Below are positions 20,341 through 31,707 of a DNA stretch of 36,318 bases, in pieces (positions within the stretch are counted from its first letter, which is position 1; each line of letters starts with the position of its first letter). Below the pieces are notes generated by a model that saw only the letters and a program-made list of their open reading frames with translations, made no database searches and was not told the DNA's origin. The translations under genes were made by a program, and so were the position numbers. The stretch is taken from contig JBBRGM010000002.1 in assembly GCA_038240725.1 (NCBI GenBank), positions 1-36,318 of the forward strand, given 5' to 3'. Origin of the DNA: Burkholderiales bacterium (GTDB taxonomy: Bacteria; Pseudomonadota; Gammaproteobacteria; Burkholderiales; SHXO01).

Positions 20341-21465
20341 TTACGCCACCGCGCGGCTGGTTGGTAGGGGTAAGGGTGCACCCGTGCGAAACTCATCGAT
20401 TGCCATCTGCACGAGCTCGACACCAGCGCCGGTCTTCGCACTAACGCGAAGGCGCGCGATTTTACCATACTCGTCACGCTCAGACCCCGGCTGCAACTCG
20501 GTGAGATCGATCTTGTTCAACAGCAGAATCTGCGGGATCGAACCGGCGCCGATTTCGTCGAGCACCAGATTTACCTCCGAGATCTGCACTGCTTGAACCG
20601 GGCTCGACGCGTCGACGACGTGCAGCAGCAGGTCGGCCTGGACCGTCTCTTCCAAGGTTGCGCGAAATGCAGCGACCAAGGTATGCGGCAGGTCACGGAT
20701 GAATCCCACCGTATCGGAGACGACGATGTTGCCACCGCCCTCGGTGTGCAGGCGCCGCGTCGTGGTATCCAGCGTTGCGAACAATTGGTTAGCCGCGTAC
20801 ACGTGCTCGCGCGCAAGCCGATTGAATAACGTCGACTTGCCCGCATTGGTGTAGCCGACGATCGCCACCGAAAAGACCTCGCCGCGCTGTCTGGATCGCC
20901 GTTGGACCATGCGCTGCCGGTGCACCGCTGCGAGTTTTTCTTTCAGTACTTTTACCCGTTTGCGCAGCAACTGGCGATCGGTCTCGAGCTGGGTTTCGCC
21001 CGGACCGCGCAAGCCGATGCCGCCTTTCTGGCGTTCCAAGTGAGTCCAGCCGCGTACTAGCCGCGTGGCGAGATGCTCGAGCTGTGCGAGCTCGACCTGC
21101 AGCTTGCCTTCATGGCTGCGCGCACGCTGGGAGAAAATATCCAGAATCAGGCTGACGCGATCGATCACGCGGCAATCGAGCTGCTTCTCGAGGTTGCGCT
21201 CCTGCGCGGGCGACAGCTGATGATTGAACACCACCACTGCGGCATTCTGCGCCTGCACTAGCTCGCCCAACTCGACCACTTTGCCTTTGCCGGCGAACGT
21301 CGCAGAATCCGGTCGATCGCGCCGTCCCTGCACCATACCGACGACCGACAGACCGCAGCTCGCCGCGAGCTCCTGCAACTCGTCTATGCGCGAGCGCTGA
21401 TCGGGCTCGCCGAAATCGAGGTTGACCAGGATTGCGCGATTTCCGTCCGGTGGACGTTCAAGCAT
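20341..21465 (-). CDS. hflX: ribosome-associated GTPase HflX
   Basis: 374 aa. HflX N-terminal domain (...RSHEGKLQVELAQL...GPGETQLE), then G-domain motifs GYTNAGKSTLFN, DTVGF and NKID. Confidence 0.95.
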   Translation of the reverse strand: MLERPPDGNRAILVNLDFGEPDQRSRIDELQELAASCGLSVVGMVQGRRDRPDSATFAGKGKVVELGELVQAQNAAVVVFNHQLSPAQERNLEKQLDCRVIDRVSLILDIFSQRARSHEGKLQVELAQLEHLATRLVRGWTHLERQKGGIGLRGPGETQLETDRQLLRKRVKVLKEKLAAVHRQRMVQRRSRQRGEVFSVAIVGYTNAGKSTLFNRLAREHVYAANQLFATLDTTTRRLHTEGGGNIVVSDTVGFIRDLPHTLVAAFRATLEETVQADLLLHVVDASSPVQAVQISEVNLVLDEIGAGSIPQILLLNKIDLTELQPGSERDEYGKIARLRVSAKTGAGVELVQMAIDEFRTGAPLPLPTSRAVA

Positions 21466-21719
21466 GGGAACAGGCTCTCTTGAAAAACACTAAGTGATAA
21501 ACGCTATGACGCTGCGCTGCGCGCACGGTACGCTGGCAGCACAGGACTGATGATTCGCATGCTCACGCGCACTGTAAAAGCGCTACGCCGCTTGGAGGAT
21601 ATGGGGGCGACCCGGGCGCAAAAAAGAGACCCGGACGAAAAGATCGGGCTGGTATGCAAACAATTGCCGCGACCGCGGCACGAGCTAGAGTTACACCGCT
21701 TACCGTTTCGCCAGCCACC

Positions 21720-21792
21720 GTCCCGCCGGAAACTGTTCTCGTGGCTCCCGCCGTTACCGTTCTTGCGGCTCCCGCCGTTACTAGTTCTTGCG
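21720..21792. repeat. three tandem 24-25-bp direct repeats inside the hfq-hflX spacer
   Basis: GTCCCGCCGGAAACTGTTCTCGTG / GCTCCCGCCGTTACCGTTCTTGCG / GCTCCCGCCGTTACTAGTTCTTGCG (plus-strand reading). Units 2 and 3 are identical apart from a CC-to-CTA change at one site (net one extra base in unit 3). Confidence 0.85.
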
Positions 21793-21907
21793 GCTGTTCG
21801 GCCGAACGGTTCCGCTTGGCATCGTTCGCCGGACATTGTCTCGCTACCTGTCGCGCCGGGCATTGACGCACCGACGCGCAACCGCGACCGGACAACGTGT
21901 AGCGCAA

Positions 21908-22147
21908 TCAGCTATCGGCAGAATGATCGAGCGTGAGATTGACGGCGCGCGCGGGGACCACGGTCGAGATCGCGTGCTTGTACACCATCTGGGTCACCGT
22001 GTTCTTCAGCAGTACGACGTACTGATCGAAGGATTCGATCTGCCCTTGCAGCTTGATGCCGTTCACGAGATAGATCGAGACCGGCACGTGCTCTTTGCGC
22101 AAAGCATTCAAAAACGGGTCTTGTAGCAGTTGCCCTTTCGCGCTCAT
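21908..22147 (-). CDS. hfq: RNA chaperone Hfq
   Basis: 79 aa. [65 protein letters not shown] carries the Sm1/Sm2 motifs. GAAGGAG SD. TGA stop. Confidence 0.97.
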   Translation of the reverse strand: MSAKGQLLQDPFLNALRKEHVPVSIYLVNGIKLQGQIESFDQYVVLLKNTVTQMVYKHAISTVVPARAVNLTLDHSADS

Positions 22148-22247
22148 TAGGGCTCCTTCTTCTATCTTTTATGTCGGGGTTACCTACTGTACTTGATTTC
22201 AATCGCGGTTGCCATACCTCATGCCGTGCTATACGAATGTCATGACG

Positions 22248-23573
22248 TCAACGTTTGTCCGCATATGGATTGCGGCCCATCTTGAATTGAATGCGCACCG
22301 GCGTGCCTTGCAGGCGAAAGGTTTCGATGAAATGTTTCTCCAAAAATCGGCGATAGCTGTCGGGCAGGCTGTCGAGCTGATTGCCGTGGATCACGATGAT
22401 CGGCGGGTTCACCCCGCCCTGATGCGCATAGCGCAACTTGGGCCGGAAGATGCCATGACGCGGCGGCGCTTGGCGCGCGGTCGCAGCAATCAGGGCGCGC
22501 GTAAGTTTCGGCGTCGGCAGACGAGCCATGGCGGCGGCATAGGCCAAATCTACCGATTTGATAAGTTCGCTCATGCCGCGCCCGTGCAGCGCCGACACGT
22601 AATGTATGCGCGCAAACGCAAGGAACGCGAGCTTGCGGTCGAACTCGCGCTTGGTCTGCTCGCGCTGCTCTTCGCTCAGGCCATCCCATTTGTTCACTGC
22701 GACCACCAGCGCGCGGCCGGCCTCGAGGATGAAACCGGCGATGTGCGCATCCTGTTCGGAGATCGCCTGCTGCGCATCGAGCACGAGGATCGCGACGTTG
22801 GCGTCCTCGATCGCCTGCATGGCCTTGATCACGGAAAATTTCTCGACCGTCTCGGAGACTTTGCCGCGCCGGCGCAGGCCCGCCGTGTCGATCAAGGTAT
22901 ACGGCTTGCCGTTGCGCTCGAACGCGACGTGAATGCTGTCGCGCGTCGTGCCCGGCTGATCGAACGCGATCATGCGCTCCTCTCCGATCACTGCATTGAC
23001 CAGGGTCGACTTGCCGACGTTGGGCCGGCCGATCACCGCGATGCGCGGGCCGCCGTCTTCCTGCGGTTCGAGGGGCGCCGCGGCGTATTGCTCGAGCGCG
23101 ATCTCCATCAACTCGCTGATGCCGTCGCCGTGCGCGGCTGAGATAGCGAGCGGATCGCCGAGTCCGAGCTCGTGGAATTCCGCAGCCACTGCTTCGCGCG
23201 ACAGGCCCTCGCTTTTGTTGACGACCAGCAGCAGCGGACGACCGGTCTTGCGTAGTTGCGCTGCGATGTCGCGATCTTGCGGCGTTAGTCCCTGACGGCC
23301 ATCGAGCAGAAACAATACGGCGTCGGCCTCGTCCACTGCCTGCAAGGTCTGCCGTGCCATCTCGTGGTAAATGCCGTCGCGCGCGGACGGCTCGAGACCG
23401 CCGGTGTCGACCACGAGATAAGGTTTAGGACCGACTCGGCCATGACCGTAATGGCGATCGCGAGTCAGTCCGGGAATGTCGGCGACCAGCGCGTCGCGGC
23501 TCCGCGTGAGCCGGTTGAACAAAGTCGACTTGCCGACATTCGGACGCCCAACGAGGGCAATGGTCGGTTTCAT
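22248..23573 (-). CDS. der: ribosome biogenesis GTPase Der (EngA)
   Basis: 441 aa. Two tandem G-domains ([12 protein letters not shown] and [12 protein letters not shown]; DTGG / DTAG; NKSE / NKWD) plus a KH-like C-terminal domain. Confidence 0.96.
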   Translation of the reverse strand: MKPTIALVGRPNVGKSTLFNRLTRSRDALVADIPGLTRDRHYGHGRVGPKPYLVVDTGGLEPSARDGIYHEMARQTLQAVDEADAVLFLLDGRQGLTPQDRDIAAQLRKTGRPLLLVVNKSEGLSREAVAAEFHELGLGDPLAISAAHGDGISELMEIALEQYAAAPLEPQEDGGPRIAVIGRPNVGKSTLVNAVIGEERMIAFDQPGTTRDSIHVAFERNGKPYTLIDTAGLRRRGKVSETVEKFSVIKAMQAIEDANVAILVLDAQQAISEQDAHIAGFILEAGRALVVAVNKWDGLSEEQREQTKREFDRKLAFLAFARIHYVSALHGRGMSELIKSVDLAYAAAMARLPTPKLTRALIAATARQAPPRHGIFRPKLRYAHQGGVNPPIIVIHGNQLDSLPDSYRRFLEKHFIETFRLQGTPVRIQFKMGRNPYADKR

Positions 23574-23624
23574 CGTGGGCGATTCCGCGGCATGCGCGAC
23601 GACGCTAACGCGGCGCCGAGCACG

Positions 23625-24794
23625 CTAGAGCGCGCTTGGCGTGATCGCGTAGACGCTGCCTTTGCGCGTTTGCACCACGACGGTCTGCCCCGCGCCGCGT
23701 ACCGGGCGCGATTTGATTGCACTGCCATCGGTCGCCATCCGCACTGCGAAGCCGCCGTCGTCGCGATCGAGAAAATGCACATAGCCTTTATAGTCGCCTA
23801 CCGTAACGTACAGCGAGATCTGCAGCGGGGCGCTCACCTGTCGTGCAGTCAGCTTGTCCTGCTTCCAGATCGTCGCGCCGGTATTTTTATCGAGAGCAGA
23901 CACCGAGCCTTTGTTGTCTGCCATGTAGAGCGTGATCGGATCGATTGCAAGTGCGACCGCCGAGGACGCTTCGCGGCTCCAGATCAGCGAGCCACGCGTC
24001 ACATCGTAGCAGCCGACGCGGCCCTGATAGGCCACCGCGCAACCTTGATCGCCATCTATTGCGGGCGCGGCGGCGATATCGGTGATGCGCTCCAGCTCGT
24101 TCGCACCTTTCGGTTGTGCGAGCGTACTTTCCCAAAGCACCGTGCCGTTGGTGAGATTGAGCGCAACCAGCTTGCCGGCCGGCAGCCCTGCGAGCACCAT
24201 GCCGCGCGAGAGGATGACGCCGGAGTCGGAACGCAGCAACAGCGGCGGCAGCGAGAAGCGGTACTCCCAAACCGGCGCACCATTCTTTGCGTCCAGCGCG
24301 TAGATTTTGCCGTCGCCGCTGCGCACGATAACCACACCTTGCGCGATGCGCGGCGCCATCAACACTTCGCTCGACACCTGGCTCTTCCAAGCGAGCTTGC
24401 CATCGAGCGTGTAGGCCAGGACCGCGCCGCGTCTGGTTGCCACCACCGCGAGATCGCCATCGACACCGACGCCGCCTGACAGCGGCTCTTTCGTGTCGGT
24501 GCGCCAGATCTGCTTGCCGCTGACCGCGTTGAAGCGAGCCAGCGTGCCTTTGGCACTTCCCGCGTAGACCGAGTCGCCCTCGAGCGCAGGGGTGAAAATG
24601 TAGACGTCGGAATCGCCCACCGAGTTTTTCCACATCACTTTCGTTTTGGCGGTCGGCTTGAACTCAACCAGCGGCGCCGGCTTCACTACGTCGGCTCCAC
24701 CGCAGCCCGCGAGCACGCCGAGTGCCGTGCACACTGCAATCGCGTAACCCGCAAGTCTCTTCCCAGCGATCATCTGCATCCCTGACATCGTCAT
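23625..24794 (-). CDS. bamB: outer membrane protein assembly factor BamB
   Basis: 389 aa. Lipobox LAGCGG, then repeated PQQ-like beta-propeller blades (...G.V.A.D...G...W...). The ATG at 24794 overlaps the upstream gene stop (ATGA). Internal Met codons 3, 6 and 8 are alternative starts. Confidence 0.9.
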   Translation of the reverse strand: MTMSGMQMIAGKRLAGYAIAVCTALGVLAGCGGADVVKPAPLVEFKPTAKTKVMWKNSVGDSDVYIFTPALEGDSVYAGSAKGTLARFNAVSGKQIWRTDTKEPLSGGVGVDGDLAVVATRRGAVLAYTLDGKLAWKSQVSSEVLMAPRIAQGVVIVRSGDGKIYALDAKNGAPVWEYRFSLPPLLLRSDSGVILSRGMVLAGLPAGKLVALNLTNGTVLWESTLAQPKGANELERITDIAAAPAIDGDQGCAVAYQGRVGCYDVTRGSLIWSREASSAVALAIDPITLYMADNKGSVSALDKNTGATIWKQDKLTARQVSAPLQISLYVTVGDYKGYVHFLDRDDGGFAVRMATDGSAIKSRPVRGAGQTVVVQTRKGSVYAITPSAL

Positions 24795-25423
24795 TTGGCG
24801 CCGCCCAGCGCATCGAGTTTGATTTCTACCACGGCGCGATAGCTACCCTCTGCGGGCAGCTTGTCGATTGCCTGTTTGTAGGCAGCGCGGGCCTCGGCTT
24901 TCTTGTCCTGCGCAACGTATACGTCGCCCTTACGATCCGCGTACAGGCCGTCGAACGCCGGCGCGTGACTTGCATCAAGCAGCTTGAGTGCGTCATCGTA
25001 CTTCTTCTGATCGAGCTGTACGCCCGCGAGCCGCAGCCGTGCGATCGCGACGGTATCCTCGTCGCGCGAATGATCCACCACCCACTGCAGCTGCGCCGTT
25101 GCGCTTGCCGCATCGCCGGCATCGTAGTTGGCTTTCGCAGCGACCAGCGCGGCCATCGGGGCATACGGCGTGGAGCCGTAGGTATCCATGAGCGGGCCCG
25201 AAGTCTCGCGAATGCCCTTCAGATCGTTCGCCCGCACGGCTTTCTCGAGGCCCATGTAGAGCTGCGCTGCCTCGCCTGTTTTGCCGCGCTTGTAAGACTG
25301 CCAGGCGGTTGCCGCGCCGGCTGCCACGCAACCCGCGATCACCACGGCGACCACCAGACGCCCGTTCGCCTTCCACCAGGCTTTCAGCGCGTCGATCTGT
25401 TCCTGTTCTTCCAAGTCGTACAT
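24791..25423 (-). CDS. yfgM: YfgM-family membrane-anchored TPR-like protein (ancillary SecYEG-associated)
   Basis: 210 aa. Acidic N-terminus MYDLEEQEQIDALKAWWKANG, single TM segment, helical repeat periplasmic part. Conserved hisS-yfgM-bamB-der order. Confidence 0.8.
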   Translation of the reverse strand: MYDLEEQEQIDALKAWWKANGRLVVAVVIAGCVAAGAATAWQSYKRGKTGEAAQLYMGLEKAVRANDLKGIRETSGPLMDTYGSTPYAPMAALVAAKANYDAGDAASATAQLQWVVDHSRDEDTVAIARLRLAGVQLDQKKYDDALKLLDASHAPAFDGLYADRKGDVYVAQDKKAEARAAYKQAIDKLPAEGSYRAVVEIKLDALGGAK

Positions 25424-25444
25424 AAGGGTTCCGTTTTTTTCGTT

Positions 25445-26725
<1,281 letters not shown>

Positions 26726-26799
26726 CTGTTGAAGTCCGGCTCGACGGCGCCGGTTGGATTGAAAGTGGCTCGCCGGTCAGTTGAAAACAGCCCGCCGGT

Positions 26800-28089
26800 T
26801 CAGGTTAGTGTAGTCAGGCGCTCGCGTTCGCGCTGCGTCCCGGGCGTCGCGCCGGAACCATAGCGCTTCACCACGTACTCCGCAACGATAGATTGAAACT
26901 CCTCGGCGATGCGGGCGCCTTTCAAAGTGACGGTCTTGGCGCCGTCCACGTACACCGGCGCGACCGGATTCTCGCCCGAGCCGGGCAGGCTGATGCCGAT
27001 GTTCGCTTGCTTGCTCTCACCAGGCCCGTTCACGACGCAGCCCATTACGGCAACGGTCATCGCCTCGACACCGACGTACTGCTTGCGCCACACGGGCATC
27101 TGCTCGCGCAGCCAGCTCTGTATGCCGGACGCGAGCTCCTGAAAATAGGTGCTGGTGGTGCGGCCGCAGCCCGGACACGCAATCACCATCGGCGTGAACG
27201 AGCGAAAGCCCATGGTCTGCAGAATCTCCTGCGCGACGATCACCTCGCGCGTGCGATCGCCGCCGGGCTCCGGCGTCAGCGAAATCCGGATGGTGTCGCC
27301 GATGCCTTCCTGCAGAAGCACCGACAAGGCAGCGGTCGACGCCACGATGCCCTTGCTGCCCATGCCGGCTTCGGTGAGTCCGAGATGCAGCGGATAATCG
27401 CAACGGCGGGACAGCTCGCGGTACACCGCAATCAAGTCCTGCACGGCGCTGACCTTGCATGACAAAACGATGCGATCGCCGGGCAGACCCAGCGCCTCGG
27501 CATCGCGCGCGCTTTCCAATGCAGATGTAATGAGTGCCTCGCGCATCACCGCCGCTGCGGAATGCGGCAGGCTGCGCGCGGCATTCTCGTCCATCAAACG
27601 CGCGAGCAGCGCCTGGTCCAGGCTCCCCCAGTTGACACCGATACGAACCGGCTTGCCGTAGCGGCACGCGGCCTCGATCATCACCCCGAACTGCTCGTCT
27701 CGGCGCGCGCCGCGCCCGACGTTGCCCGGGTTGATCCGATACTTATCCAGCGCTTGCGCGCAATCGGGAAATTGCGTCAGTAGCCGATGGCCGTTGAAAT
27801 GAAAATCGCCGACGATCGGGACGTGCACCCCGGCCGACAGCAATCGCTCTTTGATGTGCGCAACCTGTGCGGCAGCTTCGGGCGAATTTACCGTGATACG
27901 CACCAGCTCCGAGCCGGCGGTGGCCAGCGCCGTGACCTGCTTCACGGTGGCGTCGGCGTCGGCGGTATCGGTGTTGGTCATCGATTGCACGACAACCGGC
28001 GCACCGCCGCCTAGCAGCACGGAGCCGATCCGAGCCGCTCGCGTCGCGCGCCGCACCGTCTGCTCTAGATCGGCAACCATGGTCATCAC
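26800..28089 (-). CDS. ispG: 4-hydroxy-3-methylbut-2-en-1-yl diphosphate synthase (flavodoxin) IspG
   Basis: 429 aa. [17 protein letters not shown] and [10 protein letters not shown] Fe-S cysteine blocks. GTG start at 28089 overlaps the rodZ stop (ATG one codon later is an alternative). Confidence 0.95.
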   Translation of the reverse strand: MMTMVADLEQTVRRATRAARIGSVLLGGGAPVVVQSMTNTDTADADATVKQVTALATAGSELVRITVNSPEAAAQVAHIKERLLSAGVHVPIVGDFHFNGHRLLTQFPDCAQALDKYRINPGNVGRGARRDEQFGVMIEAACRYGKPVRIGVNWGSLDQALLARLMDENAARSLPHSAAAVMREALITSALESARDAEALGLPGDRIVLSCKVSAVQDLIAVYRELSRRCDYPLHLGLTEAGMGSKGIVASTAALSVLLQEGIGDTIRISLTPEPGGDRTREVIVAQEILQTMGFRSFTPMVIACPGCGRTTSTYFQELASGIQSWLREQMPVWRKQYVGVEAMTVAVMGCVVNGPGESKQANIGISLPGSGENPVAPVYVDGAKTVTLKGARIAEEFQSIVAEYVVKRYGSGATPGTQRERERLTTLT

Positions 28090-29324
28090 TCGAGCGTGAT
28101 GCGCGCGACATCGACGCGCGTGTGCGGTTGCAAATCGACGTCCCTGTCGTGATAGATCAGCTTGACGTTCTGCGCGTTGCCGACCACCAGTGTGAACGGC
28201 GGCGTGCCGCGCAAGACACGCTCGCTGCCGGAAGGATTCATGCGCGACAGGATCGTGGCGCCGGTGGCGTCGGTGACGCGCACCCAGGAATCGCCTTCGA
28301 ACACCAGTTTCAGCTGCGCAGGACCGACGCCCATGGTGAGCGACTTTGCCGTTGGCTCGACGACGCCGGGCGCTTCTGCGCTGGCACCGCCGCCGCGTCG
28401 ATTGTCCCAGGCGGGTGCGTCGGGCTTGACGGCGTTTGCGCTCGCATCTGCAGCCGCGCCGGATGCTGGCGCACTCGCATCGCTTCGCGTGGCATTCGCC
28501 CGGACAGATGGCGTTTTCAGTTCGCTTGCTTGACGTTCTTGCGCCGCGGTCTTGCCGGAACGCGCAAGAGGATCGGCTGCAGAGGCAGCAGGCTTCGCTG
28601 CCTGCGCGGGGAACTTGCTCGGCCCGCTCGCCGGTGCTTGAGGTGATGATGTTGGAGATTTCGGCGCCTGCGACGTCGACGCCCGCGCGCTTGCGACTGC
28701 TGGGGGCGTCAAATCCTCCGGCTTCGCGACCGGCGACTCGGGTGGCGATGTCCCTGATTCCGATGAGCCGGGCGCCGATGAGCTCCTACCTGGGGCAGAG
28801 CCTGTACTGCTATCGGCGGGCATCGTCGTCGATGGATGCGATCCCGGCGCCGGCGCGTCGTTTGCTGCCGTGAGTTCGTGGCTTTCGCGTGCTGCGTGCG
28901 ATGCCAGCAGCACCACCGCGATGATCACCAACGCGACCAGCACACCGCTGACGAGTACGACACGCGGACGCTCGGACGCGCCGCTCGATGCATAGGTTTG
29001 CTCGGACGCCGTCGTCTCGACTTCAGGCATGCTCATCGGATGGGTCGCTGCGGCGACCAGCGCATCGGGATCGAGATGCAGAAGCTTCGCGTAGTTGCGC
29101 AAAAATCCGCGCACGAATACCGCGCCGGCGAAAATACTGTAGTCGTCGTGCTCCAGCGCTTCGACCTGACGCACGGAAATCTTGAGCTGGCGGGCGATAT
29201 CGCCGAGGCTCAATCCCTGGCTGCGTCTGGCTGCCGTCAGGCGCTGGCCGGCAGTCTCTACTGCCATTTCCTCCGCTGCCGGCTGAGCGTCAGAGCTCAA
29301 TGACGTTGTTTCTGGCTCGTTCAT
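28086..29324 (-). CDS. rodZ: cytoskeleton protein RodZ (HTH + TM + DUF4115)
   Basis: N-terminal Xre-type HTH ([19 protein letters not shown]). TM segment [19 protein letters not shown]. Long Ala/Ser/Pro-rich linker. C-terminal DUF4115-like [15 protein letters not shown]...[13 protein letters not shown]. The ATG at 29324 (MNEPETT...) overlaps the pilW stop as ATGA. The track ORF start at 29450 is a GTG lying inside pilW. Confidence 0.88.
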   Translation of the reverse strand: MNEPETTSLSSDAQPAAEEMAVETAGQRLTAARRSQGLSLGDIARQLKISVRQVEALEHDDYSIFAGAVFVRGFLRNYAKLLHLDPDALVAAATHPMSMPEVETTASEQTYASSGASERPRVVLVSGVLVALVIIAVVLLASHAARESHELTAANDAPAPGSHPSTTMPADSSTGSAPGRSSSAPGSSESGTSPPESPVAKPEDLTPPAVASARASTSQAPKSPTSSPQAPASGPSKFPAQAAKPAASAADPLARSGKTAAQERQASELKTPSVRANATRSDASAPASGAAADASANAVKPDAPAWDNRRGGGASAEAPGVVEPTAKSLTMGVGPAQLKLVFEGDSWVRVTDATGATILSRMNPSGSERVLRGTPPFTLVVGNAQNVKLIYHDRDVDLQPHTRVDVARITLE

Positions 29325-30118
29325 TCGAAGCGACCTTCCGCAAAGGCTTTCGCCTCGGTCGAAGATGGATAGCGGCGGCGCAACTGCATGCCGTAGTTTG
29401 CGATCGCGGTACGATCGACCAGTTTGTGCGAGATCTTCGCGCCCAGCCACAACGCATCCGGACCGGCGTTTTCCACCGCACTGAAATAGCGGCCGATGTA
29501 CTGCTTGGCACCGACGTAATCATTCTGAGCGTAGTGCAGATCGGCCAGACCGTACAACGCCTGCGCCTGTCGCGGATTGAGCGCTATCGACTTGACGAAA
29601 TAAGCTTCCGCCGTCTTGTCGTCGCCCGCTTTGCGAGCGCACACGCCGGCATTTTTGTACGCGACGTCGGGCGTCGCGTACAGAGGATTTTTCAGTGCAT
29701 CGAGCAACTGCTTGATACCCTCGGCCTCGCGCCTGCGCTGGCATAGGAATAAACCATAGTTGTTCTTCGTCTCCGAGCTGTTCGGATTCAGCTTGAGCGA
29801 CTGGCGAAAGCTCTGCTCCGCCGGCGCGTCTTGCTTGAGCTGCATGTAAACCAGGCCGAGCGCGTCGTACGCCGGCGCGTAGGTACGATCTGCATTGGTT
29901 GCGATCTTCAGCTCGTCGAGTGCGACTTCGAGCTGGCCGTTCTGATAATAACTCACCGCCAATTCGGTGTGGATTTTGGCGCGCTCGAGGCCCGAGTTCG
30001 GTGTTAGGGGACGCTCCGCCGGCGGCGGCGTATTGGCGACCGCGGGCGGGTTGCCGGACTTCTGCGAAGCACAGCCGGCAAGCACGGCGATCAAGATGAT
30101 GACGACGGCGCGTATCAC
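29321..30118 (-). CDS. pilW: type IV pilus biogenesis/stability TPR lipoprotein PilW (PilF-like)
   Basis: 265 aa. Lipobox LAGCAS followed by multiple TPR units. Conserved rlmN-pilW-rodZ-ispG order in beta/gamma-proteobacteria. GTG start overlaps the rlmN stop (GTGA). Confidence 0.85.
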   Translation of the reverse strand: MIRAVVIILIAVLAGCASQKSGNPPAVANTPPPAERPLTPNSGLERAKIHTELAVSYYQNGQLEVALDELKIATNADRTYAPAYDALGLVYMQLKQDAPAEQSFRQSLKLNPNSSETKNNYGLFLCQRRREAEGIKQLLDALKNPLYATPDVAYKNAGVCARKAGDDKTAEAYFVKSIALNPRQAQALYGLADLHYAQNDYVGAKQYIGRYFSAVENAGPDALWLGAKISHKLVDRTAIANYGMQLRRRYPSSTEAKAFAEGRFE

Positions 30119-31281
30119 AGCGTGGCTTCCCGGGTGCGCGTTCTCGGCGTTCGGCGATCCTGCACTTGCCCGGCGAGCTGTCCGCAGGCGCCGTCGATAT
30201 CCTCACCACGCGTCTTGCGCACCGTTGCGATCAGGTCCGCGCCCATCAGCACCTGCTGGAACGCGCGGATCCGATCGGGCTCGGAGCGCTGATAGCCGGA
30301 ATCCGGAAATGGATTGAACGGAATAAGATTGAATTTGCACGGCACATCGCGCGTGAGCGCAACCAGATCGCGCGCATGCTGCAACGAGTCATTGACGTCT
30401 TTCAGCATCACGTATTCGAACGTAACGAAATCGCGCGGCGCGCCGTAGCGCTTCCATTTCGCCTGCAGTGGTGCGGGCATCATGCTCTCGCCCGCAGCAT
30501 CGCCATCGGACTGCGATGCGTCCGCGTAGCGGCGGCAGGCGGCCATCAGATCTTTCAGCGGATACTTGCGATTGATCGGCACCAGCACATCGCGCAGCTC
30601 ATCGGTCGGTGCGTGCAGCGAAACCGCGAGCGCGACCGGACATTGCGCGCGCAGGCGATCGATGTTCGGCACGATGCCCGACGTACTTACGGTGACGCGC
30701 CGGCGCGACAAGCCATACGCGTGGTCATCCACCATCACGTAGAGCGCCGCAACCAGATTATCGAAATTGGCCAGCGGCTCGCCCATGCCCATCATCACCA
30801 CATTGCTGATGACGCGCTCGGCGCCATCTGGATGGGTATGTGCGCCGAGGGCCTGATTCGCCCACCACAACTGGCCGAGAATTTCGCCGGTGGTGAGATT
30901 GCGATTGAATCCCTGCCTGCCGGTCGAGCAGAACGTGCACTGCAAAGCGCAGCCGACCTGGCTCGAGATGCACAAGGTGCCGCGATTGACCTCGGGGATG
31001 AACACCGTCTCGATGCCGTTGTTCGCACCGACCGACAGCAGCCATTTGCGCGTGCCGTCGGTCGCGACCGCGTCGCTCATCACGCTCGGCGGCAGCACGA
31101 CCGCACTTTGCGCGAGCTTCTCGCGAAACGTGCGCGACAGATCGCTCATGCGTTCGAAATCGCTCTCACCCAGACGATGAATCCAGCGTAATAGCTGGCG
31201 CGCACGGAACGGCTTCTCGCCGAGCTCGGCGCAGAAATCGATCAGACCGCGTTCATCCAGGTTGAGCAGATTGACCGTCAT
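30115..31281 (-). CDS. rlmN: dual-specificity 23S rRNA/tRNA adenine-C2 methyltransferase RlmN (radical SAM)
   Basis: 388 aa. [16 protein letters not shown]-terminus, radical-SAM [20 protein letters not shown], and C-terminal catalytic [11 protein letters not shown]. Contains an extra ~28-aa segment (see finding). Confidence 0.95.
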   Translation of the reverse strand: MTVNLLNLDERGLIDFCAELGEKPFRARQLLRWIHRLGESDFERMSDLSRTFREKLAQSAVVLPPSVMSDAVATDGTRKWLLSVGANNGIETVFIPEVNRGTLCISSQVGCALQCTFCSTGRQGFNRNLTTGEILGQLWWANQALGAHTHPDGAERVISNVVMMGMGEPLANFDNLVAALYVMVDDHAYGLSRRRVTVSTSGIVPNIDRLRAQCPVALAVSLHAPTDELRDVLVPINRKYPLKDLMAACRRYADASQSDGDAAGESMMPAPLQAKWKRYGAPRDFVTFEYVMLKDVNDSLQHARDLVALTRDVPCKFNLIPFNPFPDSGYQRSEPDRIRAFQQVLMGADLIATVRKTRGEDIDGACGQLAGQVQDRRTPRTRTREATL

Positions 31282-31707
31282 TTAGCGGGAGAAAATCTCG
31301 ATGTCCGAAAAGAAATATGCAATCTCCTTCGCCGCGGTCTCTACGGCATCGGAGCCATGTACTGCGTTGGCATCGATGCTGTCTGCGAAATCAGCGCGAA
31401 TGCTGCCGGCAGCGGCTTTCTTTGGATCGGTGGCGCCCATAAGGTCGCGATTCTTCTGAATCGCGCTGTCACCCTCGAGCACCTGAACTATTACGGGTCC
31501 GGAGGTCATGAACTTGACCAGGTCGGCGAAAAAAGGCCGCTGCCGGTGGACGGCGTAGAAGCCTTCCGCCTGCGGCTGCGACAGGTACATCATGCGCGAA
31601 GCGATGACTTTCAAGCCCGCCGCTTCGAAGCGCGAGTAGATTTGTCCAATCACATCCTTGGCTACCGCATCGGGTTTGATGATGGATAGCGTTCGTTCAA
31701 CAGCCAC
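31282..31707 (-). CDS. ndk: nucleoside-diphosphate kinase
   Basis: 141 aa. [12 protein letters not shown], active-site NAVHGSD. GTG start with GGAGAA SD. The stop is directly abutted by the rlmN ATG (TAAATG). Confidence 0.97.
   Translation of the reverse strand: MAVERTLSIIKPDAVAKDVIGQIYSRFEAAGLKVIASRMMYLSQPQAEGFYAVHRQRPFFADLVKFMTSGPVIVQVLEGDSAIQKNRDLMGATDPKKAAAGSIRADFADSIDANAVHGSDAVETAAKEIAYFFSDIEIFSR

Noticed and set aside
21563-21910. Hfq C-terminal extension by readthrough of the TGA stop, given 114 in-frame sense codons after it.
   Set aside because: Hfq is already full length compared with typical beta-proteobacterial Hfq. The downstream frame has only ~50% GC3 in the repeat stretch and an implausible composition. 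There is no known recoding signal. It is kept only as a note within the spacer finding.
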